Shown piece by piece: positions 47,484 to 59,700 of a DNA stretch of 64,000 bases; position 1 is the stretch's first letter; each line of letters opens with the position of its first letter. The notes under the pieces were generated by a model. It was given only the letters and a program-made list of their open reading frames with translations. It was not told where the DNA came from and did not search any database. Origin of the DNA: Hemiscyllium ocellatum (Eukaryota); contig NC_083438.1 of NCBI RefSeq assembly GCF_020745735.1, positions 32,238,443-32,302,442 of the forward strand, in the 5' to 3' direction. The position numbers and the translations under genes are program-made.

Positions 47484-47729
47484 GTCAGTACCGTGAGTGT
47501 TGGAACATTACAGCTGTAATCCAAGGTTGGGGCTGGGAATCAGGAATTCACCTTGCTTTAAGGTGTTGTGTGGACTGAGTGGGTCCTGTTATTATATGAC
47601 TATAATTGGGAATCATAAGGTTTTTTTATTTTAACCAGCACCTTTGTAAACTGGTGCTCTTGCTTAACTGTCAATATTACACACCTAAGTTGACTGTTTG
47701 TTTGAGATTTTGCAGATGGTTTGTCACTC

Positions 47730-49230
47730 AAGTTTTCGGTTTGCTCACTGAGCTGGTGGGATTGTTTGCCGATGTTTTGTCACCATGCTAGGTAACTTTA
47801 GTGAACTTCCGCTGAAACATTGGTATTCTGTCCCGCTTGCTATGTGTCTTGGATGGTTGTGGGGAGCGATATCATTTCCAGTTCTGTTTGTGCGAGGTTA
47901 GTAAAACAGGTCCAGACCAGTTTGTTAATGGAATTACAGTTTGAATTCCTAGGCCTCTAGGAATTCCTGCACGTCTCTTTGCTTGGTCCGTCCCAGGATG
48001 GATGCATCGTCCCAATCGAGCTGGTGTTCCTCTTCTTCTGTGTGTATGGAAACTAGTGATAGTTGGTCATGTTTTTGTTAGCTAGCTTGTGCTCATGTAT
48101 CCTGGTGGCTAGTTTCCTGCTGGTTTGTCCAATGTATTTGTATATTACATTTGTTCTGCTGGCTGTTGGTATGGGGTCCTTAAACCTCATCAGTAGTCGT
48201 TTTCGTGTGGTTGTAGCTTTGTGGGCTACCACGATGCCGAGGAATAGTCTGGTGGTCGTCTCTGAAATATCTTTGTATGGTACAGTCACTAGAATCTCTG
48301 AGCATGTTGTGTCTTACTGTTTTGATTCATGGTGTAGGAATCAGCAGACTCCATTTATTGGATAAACTGTTGTTCCTGAATCTGTTGTATGGGTATTTCT
48401 CCTCAGCTCCTCTTAGTTCCAGGGTGCTGCACTGTATTGTAGCTCATTTAAATAGTGTCCTGACACAGCTCCATTTGTGGGTGACACTAGTCACACGGAT
48501 ACACAAGATGGCTGCTGAGCCATCAATTGGCCGACCTGACAGACAAGATGGTCCCCGGATCATAATATGGAGAGAAACAGCAGACTGGCGGTTTCCCCTC
48601 CAGAACCAGTTGGTTCTATCATTCAGCATCTGGTCTGGGTGTGGCCTTCCTGTAAACACTGATCTGCAGTTCTCCATTAGCTTTTTGTTCTACCATGACG
48701 CCCAAGAAGGGGAATTGGTTATTGTTCTCTTCCTTTTTTGGTGAATTTTCTACCAGTGAGGATGTTGTTTGTGTTTGTGGTTTTCTTCAAAGCTGTCATC
48801 CACATAGTTGACCCAAAGCTTAGGCTGGATTGTAGGAAGGGCTGTTCGTACTAGCCTCTCTATACCTGCTTCTGTGATAAGACCTGACATTGGTGATCCC
48901 ATAGGCGTCCCGTCGGTTTCTTTCTTGTTAAAGGTAAAGTGGGTTGTGAGACACCAGTCCAGTAGGTTGAAGATGCTGTCCTTGCTGATGGAGTTGGTGG
49001 TGTTGGTGTTTGTATCCCTGGTTTGTCTTGCAGTGAGGCTACTGTTTCTTTGGCTAGGATGATGTTTATTGATGTGAACAGTGCCATCGTGTCAAAGTAG
49101 ATCATTACTTTGTTCTCCTCTATCTTAGTTTCTTTGCTGTTAAGGAATCCCTGGGGGGAGTGGATAGAGTGGACTGAGTCTTGAATGCCAGGGTCTAAAA
49201 ATTCCTGCGCATGTCTTTGTTTGGCCTTGG
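47730..49230 (-). mobile_element. Degraded Penelope-like element (RT, GIY-YIG, terminal repeat)
   Basis: FDTMALFTSI RT motif; RTNVIYKYIGQTSRKLATRIHEH; same family as 31437-32151. Confidence 0.85.
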
Positions 49231-49800
49231 ATGCAACAAAAACTAAAACACCTGGTAGAAAACTATCATAGATCAAACATTTCAGAGATGGCCACCAGAC
49301 TACTCCAGCCTCTCTGCATCATGGTAACCCATATACCTATTACCACACTAAAACAACTATTGATGAAGTTAAAGGACCTCATACCCACAGCCAGCAGAAT
49401 GAATGTAATATACAAAATACCCTACAAGGACTGCAACAAACGGCAGGAAACTAGCCACCAAAAGACATGACCAACTATCACTAGTATCTGTGCACACAGA
49501 CAAAGAAGGACACCAGTTCGGCTAAGACAGTGCATCCATTCCAGGACAGGCCAAAGAAGGGGACACATGGCAATTTCTAGAGGCACAGTTTTCAAACTGT
49601 AACTTCATTAACTAACAGATCTGGACACCTCATACCAACCTCTTGGAAACAGAACTGGAAATGATATCACCACAACAAACCAACACATATTAATAGCAAG
49701 CGAGATAGAACAACAACTCTTCATCGGAAGCTCACTGATGTTACCTAGCATGGTGACGAAATGTCTGAGAACAAATGCACTAGCTCAGTGAGCAAACGGA
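49231..49800 (+). mobile_element. Penelope-like GIY-YIG/terminal-repeat fragment, inverted relative to 47730-49230
   Basis: MNVIYKIPYKDCNK; end GTTACCTAGCATGGTGAC mirrors the motif near 47770-47790. Confidence 0.8.
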
Positions 49801-50229
49801 TAATTGGAAGCTTACTGTATTTGCAATCTCCATGATATCCAAGTAGTCAGTTGAAGTTGCCATTAAAAAGGCTCTCTGCCACTAAGTTTTATTTAAGGCA
49901 AGTCGCATTGTTAGTTAAGTGATTTATGCTGCAAATAAAGTATTAGCAATGATGTATACACACCCCGAGTATTACGCGTTATTACTTAGTATATGTTTTT
50001 ACATTGATTATGTGGGCCTCTTGATCAACCAGTACTCTAGTGAGAATATGTATCGGGTGCGAGCAGATAGGGAAAGAGTTAAGTTCTGAGTTTTGTGAAA
50101 CAAGTGGTTCAGCTGAGCGTGACTCGGATCAGATGAGAACTTACAGTTAACAATGGGGTGCTGGAGGCAAGGGTAATGGGTTAATAAGGTGGAAAAGAAG
50201 TCATTATGTAGAGCCATTTAACAATATTG

Positions 50230-51000
50230 GAAGCATTCAGTATGCAAGGTCAACTAACAAGGGGAAAACTATCCATATAGGGGTCACAATTTTAAGAGCC
50301 TCAGCAAGAGAGATAGGAGTGAGATGAGGAGAAATATCTTTACTCAGTTGGGATTTGTTTAGATTTAGGAGAGTCAAGGACATTATTAAGTTAGAGAGGG
50401 TTCAGAAGAGATTTATCAGGATGTAATTCTTGCCGGGTATGAAGGTTTGAGTTATGAAGACCAGTTGGGACTTTTTTTTTACTGGAGAGTAGGAGGTTGA
50501 AAGATGACCATTTTATAGAGGTTTATACAATCATGAAGAGTGTAGATAGGGTTAAGAGGTAAAAACAATGACTGCAGATGCTGGAAACCGGATTCTGGAT
50601 CAATGGTGCTGGAACAGCACAGCAGTTCAGGCAGCATCCAAAGTCATAGGGTTAATAGGTGTATTTTCCCTCGGATGGAGGATTTCCAAACAAGGAGGTG
50701 CATTTTTACGGTGAGAGGAGAGACATTTTAAAAAAGACATTGGAATAAACTTCTTCCACAGTGGTGGTTCGCGTGTGGAATGAACTTCCTGAGGAAGTGG
50801 TGGATGTGCACACAGTTCCAATGTTTAAAAGACATTTGGATAGATACATGAATAGGAAAAGTTTGGAGGGGTATCAGCCAGGAAAATGTAGGTGGGGCTA
50901 GTTTAGTTTGAGATTATATTCAGCATGGACTGCTTAGACCAAAAGGTCTGGTTTCTGTGCTATATGATTGCATGACTCTATGGTGGCAGGTTCCATAGGA
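50230..51000 (+). mobile_element. CR1 3' end with small PLE-end insertion
   Basis: CR1 3' motifs and tail. Confidence 0.8.
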
Positions 51001-51330
51001 GGTTTCAAAAGACAGCTGGATATATTTGAACGGGATGAAGTTAGAGAACTATGGAAATAGAATTGGAGAGTGGCATTAGTTCTTTCAGGAACTGGTATAG
51101 ACATGACGGGTTGAATGGCTTCCTTTCATACCGTAACATTCTGATTCATGATTCTATCATACATGTTTATTTTCGATGTTGGAGATCGACAGCACAGAAA
51201 AAGGCCTGTCAACCTAAAGCCTGTGCAGGTCAAATACAAACTACCTAAATATTCTAATCTCATTTCCCAGCACTTGGCCTGTGCCCTGGCATGCTGTGGT
51301 GTTGCAAGTACACATCTAAAAACATCTTAA

Positions 51331-52976
51331 GGAGATCCAAGATGGCGGTGACTCAGCAAGTCTGAGTCTACAGAGCCCTTCCCAAAACCTGGGAAAAGTG
51401 GGTTTCCTGCCCCCACCACACTTGCCAAACCACCCAAAAAATTTCTTTAATCTTAATTAGCTGCTGAATATTATATTTAAATAGTCTAATACTGAGTGGA
51501 TAATGAGTAAATCAAAGGGACCCCACAGCTCTCAGAAAACAAAGACCCCTCCCCCACCCTCCTCTCCTCCGGCTGCAGCTGATGTAAAAACAGGCCTTAT
51601 AGAGATGATTGCTAGATTGGAATCGACACTCGTCAATTTCATCGCAGAATCCAGACAGAGATGGAATGCATTCGAAGAAAAGCTGCAGAAACAGAATCAC
51701 TCTATGGGAGAATTGCAGGGCCGAGTGGAGGGGGCAGAACTAAAGGCCATGACCTCCGAGGCTGCAGCTCAAACAGCTGCAGAACAGGTGAGAGCTCTGG
51801 AGCAGAGAGTCAGGGCCTTTGAAATCTACATGGATGATATTGACAACAGAAATCGGAGAAAGAATATTCGATTGCTGGGCCTTCAAGAACAAGAAGGGAA
51901 AGAACAGTTAGTAGTATTTCTGGAGCGATGGCTTCCCCAGCTTTTAAACCTGGAGGCTGAAACTGACCGGGTAAGGGTGGAGTGGGCCTACCGGGTCGCA
52001 GTACGCGGATCTGGCCCAAACCAGCGCCCACGCCCGGTCCTGTTCCGGCTGCAGAGTTGTAGGGAGAGGCAGATACTCCTGGATGCCTCCAGAAAGCTTG
52101 GAAAGGATCCTAAAGCTATGATTCATGAAGGATCCAAGATTATGTTATTTCAGGACTTCTCCCCAGCTTTGGCACGAAGAAGGAAGGCATTTGATGAGGT
52201 GAAGAAATGTTTAAGGGACTTAGATATTCAATACACCTTACGCTACCCAGCGACGTTATGCTTTACCCACGAAGGATCCGAGTATAATTTTAGATCATTG
52301 GAAGAGGCCAAGAAACTTTTAGACTCTGTTAAATAAATCGTAAGAGACAATTTATGTTGGCTTGCCTCTCCCACACTCCGTGGGGAGAAATGGATACTTT
52401 ATTCTACTTTACTTTTGCCTCTGGGAGCGGGGTTGTCTTCCTTGCTATGTTATTATACTTAACTGTAATCTGTTGGAGTTGTAATTTTATAGTTATGTGT
52501 GTTTGTACGTGGCATTGATGCTAGCAGATATACTCAGGTATGGGTGGGGAGGGGTGGGGGTGCAGCGCTCACTGTTAACTCTAGCTCGGTATTATATCTA
52601 AATCCTATTAAGGAGCGCCCGGGTTGAGGGTGGGACACTGTTTGGGAGAGGATATGGTGGAACGTTGGAAAGGTAGTAAGGCCCCCTGAGAACAAGGGGG
52701 AAGATCTCCATTCAAACATGTTTAATTTTTTTTTGTTCTTATTGTTTGGAAATAACTTCCTTTTTATCATACTGTTATGAGTGTATTAGAGAACATTTTC
52801 TCTTATTTGAAGGATGTAAGCGACTCAACTATACACTCTGGATGATTGTGGATTAGTTGAATTTTGATGATTATATATTTAAGATCTATTTTTATATTAA
52901 TGTTTGTGCTTGAAAATTCTGCTTATTTTTGTAAATTTGTCAAAATGTTAAATTCCCAATAAAAATATCTATAAAA
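51331..52976 (+). mobile_element. Complete ORF1-only L1-derived non-autonomous element (HAL1-like)
   Basis: 13-bp TSD AAAAACATCTTAA at 51318-30 and 52977-89; 5' CAAGATGGCGG motif; intact ORF1; AATAAA 52958-63 and A-tail; no ORF2. Confidence 0.88.
51503..52336 (+). CDS. L1 ORF1p (coiled coil, RRM, CTD; Transposase_22-type), 277 aa
   Basis: NRNRRKNIRLLGL, AYR, PRPVLFRL, LFQDFSPALARRRKAF, LRYPATL motifs; ATG to TAA intact. Confidence 0.92.
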   Translation: MSKSKGPHSSQKTKTPPPPSSPPAAADVKTGLIEMIARLESTLVNFIAESRQRWNAFEEKLQKQNHSMGELQGRVEGAELKAMTSEAAAQTAAEQVRALEQRVRAFEIYMDDIDNRNRRKNIRLLGLQEQEGKEQLVVFLERWLPQLLNLEAETDRVRVEWAYRVAVRGSGPNQRPRPVLFRLQSCRERQILLDASRKLGKDPKAMIHEGSKIMLFQDFSPALARRRKAFDEVKKCLRDLDIQYTLRYPATLCFTHEGSEYNFRSLEEAKKLLDSVK

Positions 52977-53544
52977 AAAAACATCTTAAATGTTTATGGG
53001 GTTTCTGCCTCGAGCACCTTTGCAGGCAGTGAGTTCTGGATTCCCACCACCCTCTGACTGAAAACACATTTCCTCACATCTCCTCTAAACTTTCTGCCCC
53101 TTACCTTAAATATATGCCTATTGTCCATTGATGTGTAATGTGAACCTTGGTAGGCAGGACTGGCTGAATATTTTTGTTGTCTTGTCTTTAAACTGAAACT
53201 GGTCTTTTGGATTGAAATCCAAATTTAACATGTGAGAAGTAGAGTAAGAGCTCTCTTGTATACTTCACATTCATTACACTAGAGGAAGGAAGTAAACACC
53301 TTAACTTGGAAACATATTGTCGTTCTTTCGGTGTTGCTGGGTCAAAATCCTGGAACCTTCTCCGTGATGGCATTGTGATTGTGGTTGTACCTAAAGCAAA
53401 TTTACTGCAGCTCTTCAAGAAGGCAGCTCAACTCATCAACTTATCAAAGAAACTAGCGATGGGCCAGCCAGTGACACCCACATTCTGTAGTGAATATGAA
53501 AACAAAAGAAAAATTTAAGGGCAAAATGATGAGGCCATGTGAAA

Positions 53545-54495
53545 TACTAATACTCCTCCAATATTATGTGGTGAATGAGGGACACTTCCTGGGGCGGCAT
53601 GGTGGAGGGGCTAGAAGGTTGGGTGAGCAAGTTTGTGGATGATACGAAAGTCGGTGGAGTTGTTGACAGTGAGGAAGGATGTGGCAGGTTACAGCAGGAT
53701 ATGGATAAGCTGCAGAGCTGGGCAGAAAGGTGGTAAATGGAGTTCAATGTAGGTAAGTGTGAAGTGATTCACTTTGGTCAGAGTAACAAGAAGATGGAGT
53801 ACTGGGCTAATGGATGGATACTTGGTAATGTGGATGAGCAGAGGGATCTTGGTGTCCATGCACACAGATCTCTGAAAGTTGCCAGCCAGGTAAATAGTGC
53901 TGTGAAGAAGGCATATGACGTACTGGCTTTTATTGGTAGAGGAAGTGAGTTCCGGAGTCCTGAGGTCATGTTGCAGTTGTATAAGACTCTGGTGCGGCCG
54001 CGTCTGGAGTATTGTGTGCAGTTTTGGTAGCCATACTATAGGAAGGATGTGGAGGCACTGGAACGGGTGCAGAGGAGGTTTACCAGGATGTTGCCTGGTA
54101 TGGTAGGAAGATCGTATGAGGAAAGGCTGAGGCACTTGGGGCTGTTTTCATTGGAGAAAAGGAGGTTTAGGGGTGACTTGATAGGAGGTGTACAAGATGA
54201 TTAGGGGTTTAGATAGGGTTGACAATGAGAACCTTTTTCCACGTATGGAGTCAGCTATTACGAGGGGGCATACCTTTAAATTAAGGGGAGGTAGGTATAG
54301 GACAGATATTAGGGGTAGATTCTTTGCTCAGCGAGACGTGAGTTCATGGAATGCCCTGCCAGTAGCAGTGGTGGACTCTCCCTCTTTATGGGCATTTAAA
54401 CGGGCATTGGATAGGTATATAGAGGATAGTGGGCTAGGGTCGGCGCATCATAGAGGGCCAAAGGGCCTGTACTGCGCTGTATTTTTCTATGTTCT
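53545..54495 (+). mobile_element. CR1 RT-3' end, same subfamily as 1-655
   Basis: MEFNVGKCEVIHFG, LYKTLVRPRLEYCVQFW. Confidence 0.92.
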
Positions 54496-54780
54496 ATGGT
54501 GGCTCAGTGGTCAGCACTGCCGCCTCATAGCACCAAGGACCCGGGTTCGATTCCAGCCTCGGGCAACTCTTGTGTGGAGTTTGCACATTCTCCCAGTGTC
54601 TGCGTGGGTTTCCTCTGGGTGTTCCGGTTTCCTCCCACAGTCAAAAGATGTGATGGTCATGCTAAATTGCCCATTGTATTAGGTGCTTTAGTCAGAGGGA
54701 AATGGGTCTGTGTAGGTTACTCTTCAGAGGGTATGTGTGGACTTGTTGGGCCACACTGTAGGGAATCTAAAACTAAATTC
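54496..54780 (+). mobile_element. HE1-type SINE
   Basis: GTGGCTCAGTGG box A, GGTTCGATTCC box B, HE1 core. Confidence 0.88.
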
Positions 54781-54829
54781 TTGATATTCATTACCCTCCG
54801 GAAGAAGACACCCCTTTTTATACGGTTTC

Positions 54830-55410
54830 ACATGTGGTGTAAAATATAAGAGCAGAGAGATTATGTTGCAGCCGTACAAAACTTTGGTTAGACCACAACT
54901 GGAGTACTTTGTGCAGTTCTGATCTCAATCGTAAGGGTGTGGTGCAGAGAAGATTCACCATGATAGAGTCACAGAATTATTTCCTGGGATAGAGCAGTTT
55001 GGCAATGAAAAGATGCTGAATAAGCTCAAACTCCTTTCTTTGGAGAGAAGATTGAAGGAGACCTGATCAAGGTGTTAAAGAATGAGGGGCATGGACAGGA
55101 TGGAAAGGAAGCAGCTGTTCCCCTTAGTCAAAGGGGCAGTACCAATAGGGCAAAATTTTAAAGTGAAAAGCAAGAGGTTTGAGGGAACTTTAGGAAGTAT
55201 TTTTCCTGCATGTGGTGGGAATCTGGAATACAGCGCTTGGGAGGATAGTTGAGGCTGAAAATCTCTCAGCCTCCAAAATTACTGGATGAACATTTGACAC
55301 ATCATAATACTCAGGGATATGGGCCACGTGCTGGAAAATGCAATTAATGCAGATAGGTCAGTGCTGATTCAATGGGCTGAAGTGCCTGTTCTGTATGATT
55401 CCATGACCCT
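54830..55410 (+). mobile_element. Old CR1 3' end
   Basis: Degraded CR1 3' motifs and tail. Confidence 0.7.
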
Positions 55411-55899
55411 CCGCAGCCTATTCTTCCATCTTTTCATTACGTACCCTTTCAAGCCCCCTCAGATTCCTCTTTGTTTCAATCAGATCATACTCAATTCTTC
55501 TAAACTCTGATGGATAAAGGCCTAACTTCTTTAGCTGTTCTTGTTCATGAATCTCTTTTGAACAGCCTCCAACAGTACATCCTATCCAGTATACCTTTTC
55601 TTAAATACAGGGATGAATATTGCACATTTCTCCCAAAGGGTGCTGATAGCTATCCCGATGTGTTCTCCCATCTTGTGTAAAATAGAAAACTGTGTTTACA
55701 AATATCTAGCTAAAAATGCATTTTAGTTGAAGTCCCTTTAATGTCTGAGTTTTAACCTTTCCCCAGAAATGAAAGCAATAAGTTACTGATCAGAGCTTCT
55801 TATAAATCCAGCAACACAGTGTAACCATGAGAGGCTTGAGAATGTAACGTACCAGCAGGGCGGTTCTATCTGTGGATAAATACTTTCTATCGTTTGCAG

Positions 55900-56244
55900 G
55901 TGACTCACCTGTCTCAGTTACTGGGTTCGTGGGAGAGCAGATTGTGCTGCCCTGTATCTACAAAGGACATGTCCCAGTTTCCAATTTACTGGTAGTATGG
56001 GGCATATCAAAGCGTGACATTTTATGGAAGTTCATTGATGGGAGTGATGATTTGACAGAACAAGACGCACGGTTTGGAAACAGAACAGATCTATTCAAGG
56101 ATCAGCTGGAACAAGGCAACTGGTCAATTCTGATCTCTGACCTCAGGGAGTCAGACCAGGATGAGTATGTGTGTTACCTTTACAAGGGAATAGCCATGGG
56201 CTATAAGCTGGAGCAAGCTGATTTTATCCATCTCTTGATAGCAG
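55900..56244 (+). CDS. IgV membrane protein exon 3, V-set Ig domain of B7/butyrophilin/MOG type
   Basis: 345-nt symmetrical phase-1 exon; VLPC, C-strand W, RFGNRTDLFKDQLEQGNWSILISDLRESDQDEYVC; sequons NRT and NWS. Confidence 0.93.
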
Positions 56245-57474
56245 GTAAGCAGTTTCTCAGTCAGGTACTCTGTGTTTAATCATTGAATTTTACAGATGGA
56301 TTAATGCAGAGATTATGTTACTAGTAGAGTAATTCAGAGAGACCTGAAACTAATAATTCACAGAATGAGTTCCAATCACATCATGACACTTCCAGAATTT
56401 AAATTTAGCTTTAATCAATCTGGAAATAGAAAGTTGGTCCCAATAAAAGTGATCATGAAGCTGTTGGATTGTTGTAAAACCCCAACTGGTTCCCTCATGT
56501 CCCTTTAGGGAAGGAAACCTGCTGTCCCTACCTGGTCTGGGCTATATGTGACTCCAGTCCCTGATTAAGCTGAGTGGTGGCTGAATAGGTCAGAGGGCAG
56601 TTAAACATCAGTTTGTGTCAAACCGCTAAACGGTGACCCAGGCAAGAAATCAGGATACTGTCTTTAAATCCAACCCACTTAAGTACTGGTATCCAAGTTG
56701 AGAGCTGTGTGACGTGGTATCAGCCTTGTTTGTATCCCAGATTCTGCTATCAACATCCCTGGAAAAGCTTTGTCTCATTGGCCAAATACACCCACCAGAA
56801 ATGGCAGTATGCTGTCCAGTGGGATTTTCCTTGGGACTCCTCAACATTGACTCTGACCCCATGAAGTCCCTTAGTCACAGATGAAACATAGGCCCTCAAC
56901 TACTGCCCTCCTTCAGATGATCAATAGGTACCCCACAATGTTCACCCCCACTTGGGGGAAGCACTGAGGGTCACACAGACACAGAATCTACCCCTGTCCA
57001 TCCCCAAGGGTCACTCAGTAATGAACCCCACTGAGTGAGCTGGCTGAGCCCTGAAGGACAGAGCTACCAAACTGCGTGATGGAAGGGGTTAAAAGTGCGA
57101 GAACCTGCATTTCGTCCCCAGAAACATGGTCCTTCTGTCTCCAGAGGTTGGGCTGCAGGAGGTGGGACCCACAGCCCCTCCCAAGCAGCCTTTCCAAGAC
57201 CCAGTGCACTGACCTTAAAAGTGTATCCCAGTCAGTCAGGATCCTGTGAGGATTCTCTCCACAGTGGGATATAAGCTGCTAGGAATGATCCTGCCCAGGG
57301 TCACTCTGGAAAACATCCAATCCTGTTGGAATTTTCACTCCTGATTCCGTTCCTGATCAGTCTGACCTGAGCCTCATTCCTCCCTGGATGTGTTTCCCTA
57401 AAGCCCAACAAAGTCTCTGAACATAACTGCAGTTTGTTTCATATACTGTACTAAACATCTGATGTTTTCTTTAG

Positions 57475-57513
57475 TGCGAATTGATACAGATGGACTGAAC
57501 ACAACTGTACCAG
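57475..57513 (+). CDS. IgV membrane protein exon 4, short stalk (VRIDTDGLNTTVP)
   Basis: TTTTCTTTAG acceptor, CAG|GTAAAT donor, 39 nt phase 1 to 1, NTT sequon. Confidence 0.7.
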
Positions 57514-57719
57514 GTAAATCTGTTTCTAAACTACTGCATGTGTTTTCAGCTCTTCCACTGGATCATGCTGGATAGACAGGGTGGAATATTAGAAGCTTTG
57601 AAATGCTGTGAGACATTTCACTAAAGAATAATTCAGTGAATGGTGTGGGTCACTTACCTAGAACTGCTCCTTAAACTCCTTTAGAATTGTTATTTCTCTT
57701 TGAGACTCCCCTTCCTGTC

Positions 57720-58865
57720 CCTCCGATACAGAACTAGTATATATTGATTTCAGTAAGGCCTTTGATAAAGTTCCATGTAGCAGGTTGCTGTGGAAGATTA
57801 GATTGCATGGAATACGGGGGGAGCTGGCAAATTGGATACACAATTGGCTTGATGGTAGGACACAGAAGGTAACAGTGGAAGTATGTTTGTCAGACTGGAG
57901 GCCTGTGACTCATGGTTTTCTTCACGGGTTGGTGCTGGACGCTTTGCTGTTTGTTATCTATATCAATGATTTGGATGAGAATGTACGAGGCATGATTAAC
58001 AAGTTTGCAGATGACATTAAAATAGGGGGTATCGTGGATAGTGAGGAAGTTTCAGAAATTGCAGCACCTTTATCAGCTGGGAAAGAAATGGCAAGTGGAG
58101 TTTAATATAGATAAATGTGAGGTCTTGCATTTTGGAAAGTCAAATCAAGGTAGGAGTTTCATGGTGAATGGTAGGGCCTTAAGGAGTATAGTGGAACACG
58201 GAGTTCAGATGCATGGTTCTCTGAAAGTGGAGTCACAGGTAGACAGGGCAGTGAAGGCGGCTTTTGGCACACTGGCCTTCATCAGTCAGAACATTGACTA
58301 TAGAAGTTGAGAAGCTATATTGCAGTTGTGCAGGACACTAGTGAGGCTGCACTTGGAGTACTGTGTTCAGGTTTGGTCACTTTGCTATTGGAAGGATGTT
58401 ATTAAACTGGAAAGAATGCAGAAGAAATATACAAGAATATTGCCAGGACAAACTTGGACATCTTTCCTTTAGACGGCAAGATGCTGAGGCGGTCTTTTTA
58501 GTGAGGTGTATAAGATCATGAGAGGCATGGGTAGGGTGTACGCATTCCGTCTTTTTCCCAGGGTTGGGGAATCAAGTACTATAGGGCATCAAATTAAAGT
58601 TGGGGGGGGGGAAGAATAAAACGGAACCTGAGGGACAAGTTTAAGAGGTTGGTATGCATAAGGAATAAGCTACCTGGCGGAAATGGTTGAGACAGGTACA
58701 TTAACACCATTTAAAAGGCATTTGGACAAATACATGGATAGGTAAGGTTTAGAAGGATATAGGCAAAGTGCAGGGAATTGGGGTTAACATGGATGAACAT
58801 TTTGGGTTGGCATGGACCAGTTTGGGCCAAAGGGCCTGTCTCTGTCCTGGAGGACTCTATAACTG
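57720..58865 (+). mobile_element. CR1 RT-3' end
   Basis: YINDLDENVRGMINKFADDIKIGG, WQVEFNIDKCEVLHFG. Confidence 0.9.
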
Positions 58866-58868
58866 AGG

Positions 58869-59381
58869 TGTTATGGATGAGGCCAAACCACCTAAAACAT
58901 TCTTAAGCAGACAGCTCAGACCATAACTTTGCAACTTGTTTCAGGTAAGAGTACAGTGAAAGTTATCTAGGTTTTAGCTACCAGGTTTTAAAATAGACAA
59001 AAGTTTAGTCACAAATTACACAATGAAACATAAAGAACCCCTACAGAAATCAGTCTATCCAAACTAGACTTAGTTATGCTGTTCCAAATATACACAACAG
59101 TCCCAATAAGCAAATCCCTTAAGTACAGTAAAAATGAAACCAAGGCTTACAGGTTGAAGTTAGAAGGGCAGAAGGAGAGAGAGTTTAGCAGCCTTTCTTC
59201 AGAGTCCACTGCTGAACTCCCTAACTAGTTCTGGACTAAACTGCTCAGCTAGAGAGCTGGTCACGTCTCCATGACTTATATGTGTTACTATTAAAAGATT
59301 TAGGCAAAAGCTTTTAAGACTCATCTATTTACGTATAAACAAAAAGGCTTCATCCCTGTACCAAACCCAGCTGCTTCAACA
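58869..59381. mobile_element. Possible solo LTR
   Basis: TGTT...AACA termini, ~510 bp; no TSD found. Confidence 0.35.
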
Positions 59382-59700
59382 GTTTCCTCATTTCCCCTTC
59401 TCCCACCTCACCTTAGTTTCAAACTTCCAGCTCAGCACTGTCCCCATGACTTGCCCTACCTGCCTATCTTCTTTTCCACCTATCCACTCCACCCTCCTCC
59501 CTGACCTATCACCTTCATCCCCTCCCCCACTCACCTATTGTACTTTATGCTACTTTCTCCCCACCCTCCTCCAGCTTATCTCTCCATGCTTCAGACTCTG
59601 TCTTTATTCCTGATGAAGGGCTTTTGCCCGAAACGTCGATTTTACTGCTCCTTGGATGCTGCCTGAACTGCTGTGCTCTTCTAGCACCACTAATCCAGCT
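59381..59700 (+). mobile_element. PLE 3' end fragment with intact hammerhead core
   Basis: Pyrimidine-rich 3' segment, then CTGATGAAGGGCTTTTGCCCGAAACGTC and the common tail. Confidence 0.8.
59605..59641 (+). ncRNA. Minimal type I hammerhead ribozyme motif (family A), core intact
   Basis: CUGAUGA 59610-16; helix II GGGC/UUUU/GCCC; GAAAC-GUC 59630-37. Confidence 0.7.
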
